Part shown: positions 53,318-61,656 of the stretch, in pieces | Layout of the letters: each line of letters opens with the position of its first letter | Numbering within the stretch: the first letter of the stretch is position 1 | Source: an uncultured Candidatus Saccharibacteria bacterium | GTDB taxonomy: Bacteria; Patescibacteriota; Minisyncoccia; Phycocordibacterales; UBA918 | NCBI GenBank assembly: GCA_964390945.1 | Contig: CAYMIV010000004.1 | Span: 1 to 63,946 of the forward strand | Direction of reading: 5' to 3' | Length of the DNA: 63,946 nucleotides | Translations under genes and position numbers: made by a program | Notes under the pieces: model-generated | What the model was told of the DNA's origin: nothing | What the model saw: only the letters and a program-made list of their open reading frames with translations | Databases searched by the model: none

Positions 53318-53494
53318 TGGACCTCCTTTCGTATAGTGCGTACAAGTCAGCCAATAGAGTACAAGTTTTTTTGGACATGTCAAATTGTTTATGTCCAGGG
53401 GGCAAATTCAGGAAATTGGTGGTATCGTGTATCCTACTCTGAAACCTTTCAGGAAACACATGGGTTTTAGTCCGAAAGAATAATTTAGATAAAC

Positions 53495-54262
53495 ATGGCA
53501 GACGGCAAAATACTTGGAATAATCCCCGCACGTATCGGCTCAACGCGAATACCGAATAAAATGCTCAAGGACATATGCGGAAAGACGCTCATTGAGCGTA
53601 CGTATGAGCGAACCAAGGAAGCGAAATCGCTCGATGCGATTGTCATTGCAACTGATTCTGACGAAATAGAAAAGGTGGCGCGCTCATTCGGTGCGCAGGT
53701 GATACGTTCAATCAATGATCACAAAAACGGAACAGAACGCGCGGGAGAGGCGACGCGACTATTTACTGATTTTGAGCCGGACATTGTGGTGACGGTCTGG
53801 GGAGATGAGCCGCTCTATCCTGCGACCGCTATCGATCGATGTGTTGCCATGCTCAAAGAGCAACCAAACCTCCAAGCAGCAACTGCCGCTGACCGTATTA
53901 CGAATGAAGCGATGATTCACGCAGACAGCGTTGTCGAGGTGGTTACCAATAAACACGACCACGCGCTTTACATTTCCCGGGCTGCAATCCCGTATTCATA
54001 TACTGACCACAAGTTTGACTACTATCATGTAATCGGAGCAATGGCGATGCGTCGCGATTTCCTCTTTCAATATATTGAGATGGAACAGACCCCACTTGAA
54101 AAGGCAGAGAGTGTCGAGCAATTACGCATCATTGAGAATGGATACAATCTCGGGATTGTGAAGGGTGATTTTGAAAATCTCGGCGTGAATACTCCCGGCG
54201 AGTACGAAGCAGTCGTCAAAATTTTTGAAAAAAGAATTGCTGAAGGAAAGTTGAAGTCGTAG
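53495..54262 (+). CDS. kdsB: CMP-Kdo synthetase-like cytidylyltransferase (3-deoxy-manno-octulosonate cytidylyltransferase family)
   Basis: ILGIIPARIGSTRIPNKMLKDICGKTLIERTYERT...AIVIATDSDEI matches the KdsB pattern IIPAR..S.R.P.K.L..i.GkpmI..v.e. The exact sugar substrate cannot be told from the sequence. Confidence 0.8.
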   Translation: MADGKILGIIPARIGSTRIPNKMLKDICGKTLIERTYERTKEAKSLDAIVIATDSDEIEKVARSFGAQVIRSINDHKNGTERAGEATRLFTDFEPDIVVTVWGDEPLYPATAIDRCVAMLKEQPNLQAATAADRITNEAMIHADSVVEVVTNKHDHALYISRAAIPYSYTDHKFDYYHVIGAMAMRRDFLFQYIEMEQTPLEKAESVEQLRIIENGYNLGIVKGDFENLGVNTPGEYEAVVKIFEKRIAEGKLKS

Positions 54263-54265
54263 GCC

Positions 54266-54904
54266 ATGACAAAACTTGAAGCGTTCATGCAGGAAAAAGC
54301 CCCGACCATCAAAGAGTTTTGGTTTGATGTCGACGGAGTGATGACACCACAGGGCGCCATAACAATTTACGATGTGCGCGACGGAGGCGCACTTATTGGT
54401 TTTGAGCGCAAAGACGGTATTACGAGTACACGACTCGTTCCGTGCGATGAACATGGCACGCCACGCGCAAATATCGTCGAGTGCATCGCCGGATATGGGG
54501 ATGAGCCAATCATGGAGGGGTACCGATTCGACCCCCGTGATGGAAAGGTCGTTGAATACCTTGTCGAGAACGGATTCCCGGTCTACTTCATTAGCGGCAG
54601 GGATTCAGCATGCGTCCGAAAGCGCGCTCTTGCGCTCGGAGCCACGCCCCTCCTCGGTGTAAAAGACAAACTTGCGCTCATCCGGGAAAAAGCGAATTCA
54701 GCGCTCGGAGAGATTATGTTCATTGGAGATGGGATTCAGGACGTGGAGACGCTTCGTGCCGTCGGTTTTTCTGTCGCACCGAAAGACGCGTCACCCGAGG
54801 CGCTCTTCGCTGCGCACGTGTGCACTGATGCGAGGGGCGGAGAAGGCGTACTTTCTGAAGTTATTACATTATTTCTCAAAACACGAGGCCTCTGGCCGGC
54901 GTGA
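54266..54904 (+). CDS. HAD-IIIA phosphatase, KdsC (Kdo-8-phosphate phosphatase)-like, with a ~45-aa insertion
   Basis: FDVDGVMT (motif I), FISGRDS, FIGDGIQDVETLRAVGFSVAPKDA and ARGGEGVLSEV. The insertion lies between motif I and the RDG region. Confidence 0.78.
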   Translation: MTKLEAFMQEKAPTIKEFWFDVDGVMTPQGAITIYDVRDGGALIGFERKDGITSTRLVPCDEHGTPRANIVECIAGYGDEPIMEGYRFDPRDGKVVEYLVENGFPVYFISGRDSACVRKRALALGATPLLGVKDKLALIREKANSALGEIMFIGDGIQDVETLRAVGFSVAPKDASPEALFAAHVCTDARGGEGVLSEVITLFLKTRGLWPA

Positions 54905-54908
54905 CGTC

Positions 54909-55958
54909 TTACGGTGGGGTTGGACTTTCGAGGTCCCTAAATTCTGCAATGCGCTCCGCGAGCGTTTGCAGTTCGAGAATCGTAATATGCTGTCCCGTAT
55001 CGGTGAGCGAATCGCCGACTTCTATGAGAAGCCCGTCGTAGAGGTATTCATCCGCAGAAGTTTTAATACGCAAGGCGTCGATCGTTTTATCGACGATGTG
55101 GTCTCGCATGATTGTGCCGAAGGTGTGTGAAGGATCAAAGAAGACCCGAACTCCAATATCGTCTTTCACCCGTTTAGCCGCATCGTGAACAGGCAAGTTT
55201 CGATGTTCTCCTTTTTCCGCCACATCAACCCCGCGCTGGATCATAACGAGTTTGTTTTCGAGCGTCTTGATATCGCCACCCGCCGCATAGTGTGCGAGAC
55301 CTACCCATGTTTTTTCCATCGTACTCATACCCGATTCGGGAACGGCACCGAGCCATTTTCCGTTTTTTATGCCCACACCCCAGCCGTTTCGGAGTGCAAA
55401 CTTTCCCATAACCGCAGCTTGGTATCCGAGTTGATTCACCGCAGGGTTCCACACAAAAAATTTGTTCTTCGGCAGTATTCGCTCGTACGGGGGAAGTTGA
55501 ATGGTCGGATCGACGACTTCGGTTGCGGCAATCAAACCCGTTTCTCGAATAAGCCGATTGGCAATATGAACGCTCGGGGGGATTTCAAACTGTCCCGGTC
55601 CCTCACCGTTAATATAACGATTCAGATTTCTTTGATACGCAGGAAAATCCATGCCCATACCAACACCGCTCGCCTCCATTGAAGTGCGCGACTTGAGTCC
55701 CACCACGCGGAGTCCCCAAATTGCAGGTCTTTTTTCTCCGCCTTTTGACGGAGCGGCAATACGCGCAATATCAAACAGTTGCCCCTGGTTGTCCTCGTTT
55801 ATCGAACAGGGACCCGCAATAATTGTTACGGCTTTATTTTTCATACAGGTAACGTTCTTTATAACACACGCGGGGTGGTTGAGGTATCGATTCGTACATA
55901 CTTCGTGAGGGTTGATATTGACAATTTCAATATTTTCCACTACAATGATTCGTGGCAT
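54909..55958 (-). CDS. DAHP-synthase-I / KDO8P-synthase family PEP aldolase (KdsA-like, divergent)
   Basis: VTIIAGPCSINE, GLIAATEVVDP, FFDPSHTFG and YDGLLIEVGDSLTDTGQH correspond to the family motifs IAGPCS.E, TEv.d, DPSH and GlmiEvH...A.SDg.Q. Confidence 0.78.
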   Translation of the reverse strand: MPRIIVVENIEIVNINPHEVCTNRYLNHPACVIKNVTCMKNKAVTIIAGPCSINEDNQGQLFDIARIAAPSKGGEKRPAIWGLRVVGLKSRTSMEASGVGMGMDFPAYQRNLNRYINGEGPGQFEIPPSVHIANRLIRETGLIAATEVVDPTIQLPPYERILPKNKFFVWNPAVNQLGYQAAVMGKFALRNGWGVGIKNGKWLGAVPESGMSTMEKTWVGLAHYAAGGDIKTLENKLVMIQRGVDVAEKGEHRNLPVHDAAKRVKDDIGVRVFFDPSHTFGTIMRDHIVDKTIDALRIKTSADEYLYDGLLIEVGDSLTDTGQHITILELQTLAERIAEFRDLESPTPP

Positions 55959-55981
55959 ATTTTTTCTCGAGGCGGCGTAAA

Positions 55982-56407
55982 ATGGACAGATGCAACACGC
56001 ACGGCGACATCGGCTTCTGGATGAGGCCCGTGTACTGGGAAGGAATGAGGGCGGGAACGATTACAACGCTCGTGCGTGAGGGTGATCGTTCAAATTCTAA
56101 TGACACACGCACGGCGCCTGCCGGCGTCGATCTCGCTGTTCGGTTCATAAGAAAGACCGGCGATTCTTCACGTGGAATCAAAGCGGAGCTGTATCCGGAT
56201 GACGGCATGACGGTGCGCCGCATCGGCATGGTGGTGAAGAAAATCAAGGACCTTACGCAGGAAGACCTGCGCGGCACCGCCCCCGACCAGTCGACCCCTG
56301 ATTTGGTACGTTACCACCTCGCTATGATCGGCAACACGGAACTCCCATCGCCGGAGGATGTCGTGACGGTGTGGAAGATTGAATACAGACCCTTCGTCAC
56401 TGATTGA
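55982..56407 (+). CDS. ASCH-domain-like small protein
   Basis: WMRPVYWEGMRAGTITTLVREGDR...VVKKIKDLTQEDL resembles the ASCH/PUA-like fold pattern. This is a weak call. ATG 55982 is preferred over GTG 55952, which overlaps the divergent start. Confidence 0.55.
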   Translation: MDRCNTHGDIGFWMRPVYWEGMRAGTITTLVREGDRSNSNDTRTAPAGVDLAVRFIRKTGDSSRGIKAELYPDDGMTVRRIGMVVKKIKDLTQEDLRGTAPDQSTPDLVRYHLAMIGNTELPSPEDVVTVWKIEYRPFVTD

Positions 56408-56422
56408 CGTGTGACCCGGGGC

Positions 56423-56449
56423 GACCACTCGAAAGGGTGGTCTTTTTTT
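56423..56449 (+). terminator. Rho-independent terminator
   Basis: gaccac/tcgaaagg/gtggtc followed by ttttttt. Confidence 0.8.
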
Positions 56450-56477
56450 ATAGATTCTGTATCGTAATATCATTGCT

Positions 56478-58247
56478 ATGAAGAAGGAATCAACGCTCAT
56501 AATTTTTGGTACCGCGCTCCCACAAAAACCGGATATCTGGTGGAAGCAATTCGACACCGTCGTTGCGGGCACTTCGCTCCGTACTCTGATTGAGGCGAGG
56601 GAGTGTGCATGGGTTGATTTTGATATGTTCGTGAAACCGGGAAGCATTTATGAAGCGACAGAGCATCTTCATGAACTTGCGCTTCTCACACTTCCCGATG
56701 GAACCCCGCTCACAAAATCAGCCATGTACAGGGGATATGAACTCTGGTGGATACACCACACAGACCTCTTTCTTCACTTCTGTTTGCCGCTCACGCAGTA
56801 TAGAGCGCTCCTCGAATATGCGCGGGAGTTCGGGTCGGTGTATTTATTCGAACCGCTCTATCGAGACCTCTTCAAGAGTTATCTTGTTGCACACAAACGT
56901 ACGGTACACATCGAATCATCGAGAGCGATTCGCACACGGCTGCCACTTGGGGCACTCCTCCAAGCGCTGCTTACGCTCGTATTTCTCCCCGCCCTCGTAA
57001 TACGGCGAAAAGCCATCTTAGTTTTTACCAGCGATAAATTTTATGACTACGATTTTAGATTGAAGTTCATTTATGAAGAACTTCGGGGAAGGAAACTGGC
57101 GTTCATGGAGTGTGTTCGGAGCGTACAGCCGTGGCACATCGTTCTCAAACACGCGTTTCTGCGCAGGCGCGCAGTCATATACCCGGTTGGCGTCGCGCTC
57201 ATTGCGCGCTTCATAAGCACTCTTACGAAGGCAAATGACAAATTCCGCAGCCGGTATGACCGATTGGTCGAATCACTTGAAGACCCGGAGAAGCGCTTTA
57301 AGTTTACCGCCGCAACAATGTACGTAAAAAATGCCGGCAATGATATCTGGGCAATCCGTACCATGGAGTTAATCCTCTCCCTCATTGGCGTAAAAACAGC
57401 ATTTATTCCTGCGGCGAACGAACGGAGTTTGCACACCGTGCTTGCGTCTAAACTCAAGCACATACCGACCGTCGGCATTCTTCACGGCTTTGCTTCTCGA
57501 AATTACAATACGTACGATTTCATGCTCGGTTACAGTGGCGATTTGATGATGTCAGTCGACACGTACGGAGTTTGGAGTGAGTGGTGGAGGGAGTATTACC
57601 TCACGCACAGCAAAGCGTATCGCCCAAAACAACTCGTTGTCTCTGGTGTCATGCGACCGGTTGCTCCAGCAAACAGCGTATCGAAAGATACTCGACCGAA
57701 TGATACAACACACGTGCTCTTTGTGTCTGAAATTGTCGCACTCCCAACTGAAGTCATTCCGTATCTTGATAAACTTCTTCTCGCTCCCGCTCTGTCGGTG
57801 TCGATTAAATTCCGAGCCACGAATGATTCGTTTGAGGCATGGCTTACAAAACACCGTCCCGACATTCTCACGAAAGTCGGCATCCTCAAGGGCACGATGG
57901 CTGAAGCAATCGCTGCGTGTGATGTTGTTGTCGGCTCACAGAGCACCGGGGTCATCGAAGCGACACTGCAACACAAACCCTTCGTGCTTTTTAATACTGA
58001 AAAGTGGGGAGATTACTACGATATGCGGAGCGTCAATGTCGGATACACACTGTTTGCGGAAAACCCCGATGAGTTTGTGGAGTGTGTACGAAATGTGAGC
58101 GGTGTTCCTGAAACGATTCTTGAGGACTTACGAAACAAATTCTTCGGTAATCCGCATAAAAACGGAAGCGCGTGGGTGGTGGATCAACTTGTGCAGAACC
58201 TAAAGAGCACTCACTCTTCGCCAAAGCCAGATGTTGAGAATAAGTGA
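56478..58247 (+). CDS. 589-aa protein of unknown family; the C-terminal half looks GT-B / capsule-biosynthesis-like (candidate CMP-sugar or Kdo transferase)
   Basis: PTVGILHGFASRNYNTYDF...HVLFVSEIVALP...ACDVVVGSQSTGVIEATLQHKPFVLFN resembles HG/HP plus S-S-type motifs of GT-B sialyl/Kdo/glycerophosphate transferases. No firm family assignment is possible by eye. Confidence 0.7.
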   Translation: MKKESTLIIFGTALPQKPDIWWKQFDTVVAGTSLRTLIEARECAWVDFDMFVKPGSIYEATEHLHELALLTLPDGTPLTKSAMYRGYELWWIHHTDLFLHFCLPLTQYRALLEYAREFGSVYLFEPLYRDLFKSYLVAHKRTVHIESSRAIRTRLPLGALLQALLTLVFLPALVIRRKAILVFTSDKFYDYDFRLKFIYEELRGRKLAFMECVRSVQPWHIVLKHAFLRRRAVIYPVGVALIARFISTLTKANDKFRSRYDRLVESLEDPEKRFKFTAATMYVKNAGNDIWAIRTMELILSLIGVKTAFIPAANERSLHTVLASKLKHIPTVGILHGFASRNYNTYDFMLGYSGDLMMSVDTYGVWSEWWREYYLTHSKAYRPKQLVVSGVMRPVAPANSVSKDTRPNDTTHVLFVSEIVALPTEVIPYLDKLLLAPALSVSIKFRATNDSFEAWLTKHRPDILTKVGILKGTMAEAIAACDVVVGSQSTGVIEATLQHKPFVLFNTEKWGDYYDMRSVNVGYTLFAENPDEFVECVRNVSGVPETILEDLRNKFFGNPHKNGSAWVVDQLVQNLKSTHSSPKPDVENK

Positions 58248-59462
58248 GATTATATTGATGGATATACCTGCGGCGATGAGTCCCGCGAGCCCGCCCCAGA
58301 CGCCGAGTACCACATAGAGAACCACATTGATGATGCTTTGAGCAAACGCGCGGTTGCGGAGCACCTTCGACATTCGCTGTGAAGAGAGGAGAAGACTGAT
58401 GTATCGGTTCGGGATTGCAAAGATAAAAATGAGCGCAAACCACTGCGAATACACCACCCCGTCAACATATTGGGGAAGCACGTACCGATAGAGATACGGG
58501 GCAACCGCAATGTATGCGAGTGAAACAAAAAAACCAATGAGAATACCCTGAACGATCCGCTTATAGAATACTGCGTTCAACATTTCCGGCGTCTTTACGG
58601 AAAACTTCGGAAATCCGATGTTGACCAAACTCTTCATAAATAGAATCACCCGATTCGGAAGCGCTGTTGCAAGCGAGTAGATAGCGAGTTGCGCAGGTCC
58701 CCAGAAGTGTCCGATAACAATCTTATCTATCTGTGACGCTATCGGGTCGATGAATTTTAAATATGTCAGTTCCCGGGCGAACGCGATGGTTTCTGTCGCG
58801 TCTGTCGTTTGTGGAGGAGCAAAGGTTCGCACGGTATAGAGATAAAATAATAGCGAGGTGAAAAGCGTGGTCAGTGCATAGGCGATAATAAGCCCGAGTA
58901 TTTCTCCATTCAAAAAAATTGCCACCAACGTACCTACTACATAAAGTGCTGTCGAGATGACCCGCATGATATTGAGGATTCTAAATTCCTTCTTTCCCTC
59001 AAGGTATGCCCCGCTTGTATTGAACGCGATTGAGGCGGGGATGCAGGTGCCGAGTATCAAAAACGAGAGTCCCAACATCGCATCTCCTTGCACATAGTAG
59101 TATCCACTTACCGCAAGAAACCCCGCGAGCATGAGGGTATTCCACCGAAGTTGATACCCTATGGTCGATTGCAGTATCTCGTCACCTCTCGCCACGGAGC
59201 GGGAAAGGGCAGTGCTCATTCCCGTGAGTGTACAAATGTTCAAAACACTCGCTATGGAAAGGATGTAGCGGTATGAACCGTATGTTTCCTTGGGAAGCAT
59301 ATTTGCAAACGCAACGAGGAGTCCGAGAGACAGCACCCCGTTCAACACTTGACTGAACATGGTCCAGAAACTGCCACGCGCCACATAGAGCATGTCGATG
59401 TGGGTATATCGCTGACTCCACAAAAGTAGGTGAGTTATTTTTCCTTGGGCTTTCTTAATCAT
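58200..59462 (-). CDS. Wzx-type oligosaccharide flippase (MOP / polysaccharide biosynthesis protein family)
   Basis: About 12 or more TM helices. The N-terminal region ARGSFWTMFSQVLNGVLSLGLLVAFANMLPKETYGSYRY is typical of PST-family flippases. ATG 59462 is preferred. The 3' end overlaps the convergent gene by 48 nt. Confidence 0.82.
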   Translation of the reverse strand: MIKKAQGKITHLLLWSQRYTHIDMLYVARGSFWTMFSQVLNGVLSLGLLVAFANMLPKETYGSYRYILSIASVLNICTLTGMSTALSRSVARGDEILQSTIGYQLRWNTLMLAGFLAVSGYYYVQGDAMLGLSFLILGTCIPASIAFNTSGAYLEGKKEFRILNIMRVISTALYVVGTLVAIFLNGEILGLIIAYALTTLFTSLLFYLYTVRTFAPPQTTDATETIAFARELTYLKFIDPIASQIDKIVIGHFWGPAQLAIYSLATALPNRVILFMKSLVNIGFPKFSVKTPEMLNAVFYKRIVQGILIGFFVSLAYIAVAPYLYRYVLPQYVDGVVYSQWFALIFIFAIPNRYISLLLSSQRMSKVLRNRAFAQSIINVVLYVVLGVWGGLAGLIAAGISINIISLILNIWLWRRVSAL

Positions 59463-59679
59463 GCGACAGTATGGTGTGCGCATCAGGTTTCCGCACATTA
59501 ATAAAATACCACGTAACGATACCCGGCGCCTTGTGTAACAAGGTTCGAAAGATAATAGTTAAATAACGGTATGGCGACAGTAATTATCGGCAAGCACTCC
59601 AAGGTCTCCATGCGGATTCGTTGAGTGCTCGCTCATTTGCTATGATGGGAGTGGTTAATTTTATTTCTATTGGATTTGT

Positions 59680-60702
59680 ATGAAAAAAGCGCTTATCACC
59701 GGCATCTCGGGTCAAGATGGTTCATACCTTGCGCCACTCCTCCTCGATAAGGGATATGAAGTGCACGCGATATTGCGCCGCACAAGCAGGGACCCACGCT
59801 TTGACATTGATGAATTTACCGGCGGCAGGAACATTCGTTTCCATGACGGTGATATTCGAGACCTCAATAGAGTCACGACCATTATGAACGAGGTGGTTCC
59901 CGACGAGGTGTACAATCTGGCGGCACAATCTCATGTCGGCACTTCCTTCACCTGTGTTGAGGAGACATGGGATATTAACTACTATGGGCTCGGTCGCGTG
60001 GTGAACGAGGCGCTTCGCGTCAATCCCGCAGTACGCATTTACCAAGCATCGACGAGCGAGATGTTTGGTAACTCACCGGCTCCGCAGAGCGAAGAAACAC
60101 CCTTTGATCCCCAAAGTCCGTACGCGGAAGCGAAGTTGCGCGGTCACGAAGACTTCATAGTAAATAAACGAAAGACACAGAATGCCTTCGCGGTCTCCGG
60201 TTTTCTTTTCAACCACGAATCGCCTCGGCGGGGCAAACAATTTGTCACGCGGAAAATCACCTACTCGTTGGCTCGCATCATCGCCGGAAAGCAAAAGGTT
60301 CTGCAACTCGGTAACTTAAATGCTATACGCGACTGGGGATATGCCGGCGACTACGTTGAGGCGATGCATATGTTGCTGCAGCAGGAGAAGCCTCGCGATT
60401 ATGTCATTGCTTCGGGTGAGGCGCACACGGTTCGGGAGTTCGTTGAAATCGCCGCGGGATATTTTGACCTTGCGATACGATGGGAAGGCGAAGGTCAGCA
60501 AGAGGTCGGCTATGATGCAAAGAGCGGAAACCCACTCATTATCGTGAGCCCCGAATTTTACCGGCCGCGAGAAGTGAACTATCTCAAGGGAGATGCTACG
60601 AGAGCAAAAATCGAGCTCGGTTGGAAGCCGAAGCACTCATTCATCGAACTCGTTGAAATGATGGTGAAATCCGACCAGGAATTGGTATCGCGCGGGTTAT
60701 AG
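59680..60702 (+). CDS. gmd: GDP-mannose 4,6-dehydratase
   Basis: ALITGISGQDGSYLAPLLLDKGYEVHAILRRTS, SPYAEAKL, FNHESPRRG and GNLNAIRDWGYAGDYVEAM are classic Gmd motifs. Confidence 0.93.
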   Translation: MKKALITGISGQDGSYLAPLLLDKGYEVHAILRRTSRDPRFDIDEFTGGRNIRFHDGDIRDLNRVTTIMNEVVPDEVYNLAAQSHVGTSFTCVEETWDINYYGLGRVVNEALRVNPAVRIYQASTSEMFGNSPAPQSEETPFDPQSPYAEAKLRGHEDFIVNKRKTQNAFAVSGFLFNHESPRRGKQFVTRKITYSLARIIAGKQKVLQLGNLNAIRDWGYAGDYVEAMHMLLQQEKPRDYVIASGEAHTVREFVEIAAGYFDLAIRWEGEGQQEVGYDAKSGNPLIIVSPEFYRPREVNYLKGDATRAKIELGWKPKHSFIELVEMMVKSDQELVSRGL

Positions 60703-61656
60703 GACAGCGGGTAGTACGCGGAGCAGTCCCCTAACATCGTCTGAATCTCGTAGTGTCGCATACATATTGAAGTAGCGAATGTTGCGGTGCTCTTCGTACG
60801 CGGTTTCAGTTGCGGGTGTTAATGTAATCGATTCCTCACCATGCGTGGAGTGTGTCGGATCGTAGGTCTCTTCGATAATATAGAAAGAATAACCGAACGG
60901 TCGAAGGTATGCCTCAATTGCATGCGCCGCACGGAGATTGTCTTTGTAGGGAAGGCTGATTTCATAAATAATGTCACGCGGTGCGGCGTGTGTGCACATG
61001 CGCTCCGCACCGCGCAGTGCGTTGAGTTCGTATCCTTCGACGTCCAGAAAAATAAGGTCTATGGAATCAATGCGGTGCTCCATACAGTACGAGTCAATGG
61101 TTGTTATTGGTACCGTAGTGGTTTGAAGTCCCTTGCCGACATGCGCACTTGCCACAATGCGCGAGCGAATTCTATCTTCAGTCATTGTGACGGTTCCCGG
61201 GACGTCCCCGAGCGCGCTGTGGGTGAGGTGTATGCGTCCAAGGTTTTTATTCTGTTCGAAATTTTTCTGCGCAATCCGAAAGAGGTGGGGAATCGGTTCA
61301 AACGCATGGATGTCTCCCGACGGTCCCAGTGCCTTTCTCGCATAGAGTACCGTCAGCCCGATGTGCGCACCCGCAATAAAGACGTGCCGTGCTCCTGGCA
61401 GAAGTCGTTCGAGAAGTTTGGTTGTCGCCGGTTCCCAAAAATACCTTTTTTTCCTCCCATAGAAAAGCGCGAGACGCCCCAATTGATCACCGAGGTAAGC
61501 GTGCACCGTAAAACCCGCTTCAAGCGGCAGGGGCTCGTTGTAATCTTCCCCAAGAATTCTTGTTGCGAGTGGCCACATGAAGAGGTCGCGCACACGCTCC
61601 GGAAGGCGAATGGCGTGAAAAAGAAACGAGGTGATGCGTATGAAGAGTTTTTTCAT
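60697..61656 (-). CDS. FkbM-family methyltransferase
   Basis: FIAGAHIGL...FEPIP...IDLIFLDVEGYELNALRGAERM. ATG 61656 forms an ATGA overlap with the upstream GT4 stop. Confidence 0.85.
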   Translation of the reverse strand: MKKLFIRITSFLFHAIRLPERVRDLFMWPLATRILGEDYNEPLPLEAGFTVHAYLGDQLGRLALFYGRKKRYFWEPATTKLLERLLPGARHVFIAGAHIGLTVLYARKALGPSGDIHAFEPIPHLFRIAQKNFEQNKNLGRIHLTHSALGDVPGTVTMTEDRIRSRIVASAHVGKGLQTTTVPITTIDSYCMEHRIDSIDLIFLDVEGYELNALRGAERMCTHAAPRDIIYEISLPYKDNLRAAHAIEAYLRPFGYSFYIIEETYDPTHSTHGEESITLTPATETAYEEHRNIRYFNMYATLRDSDDVRGLLRVLPAVL

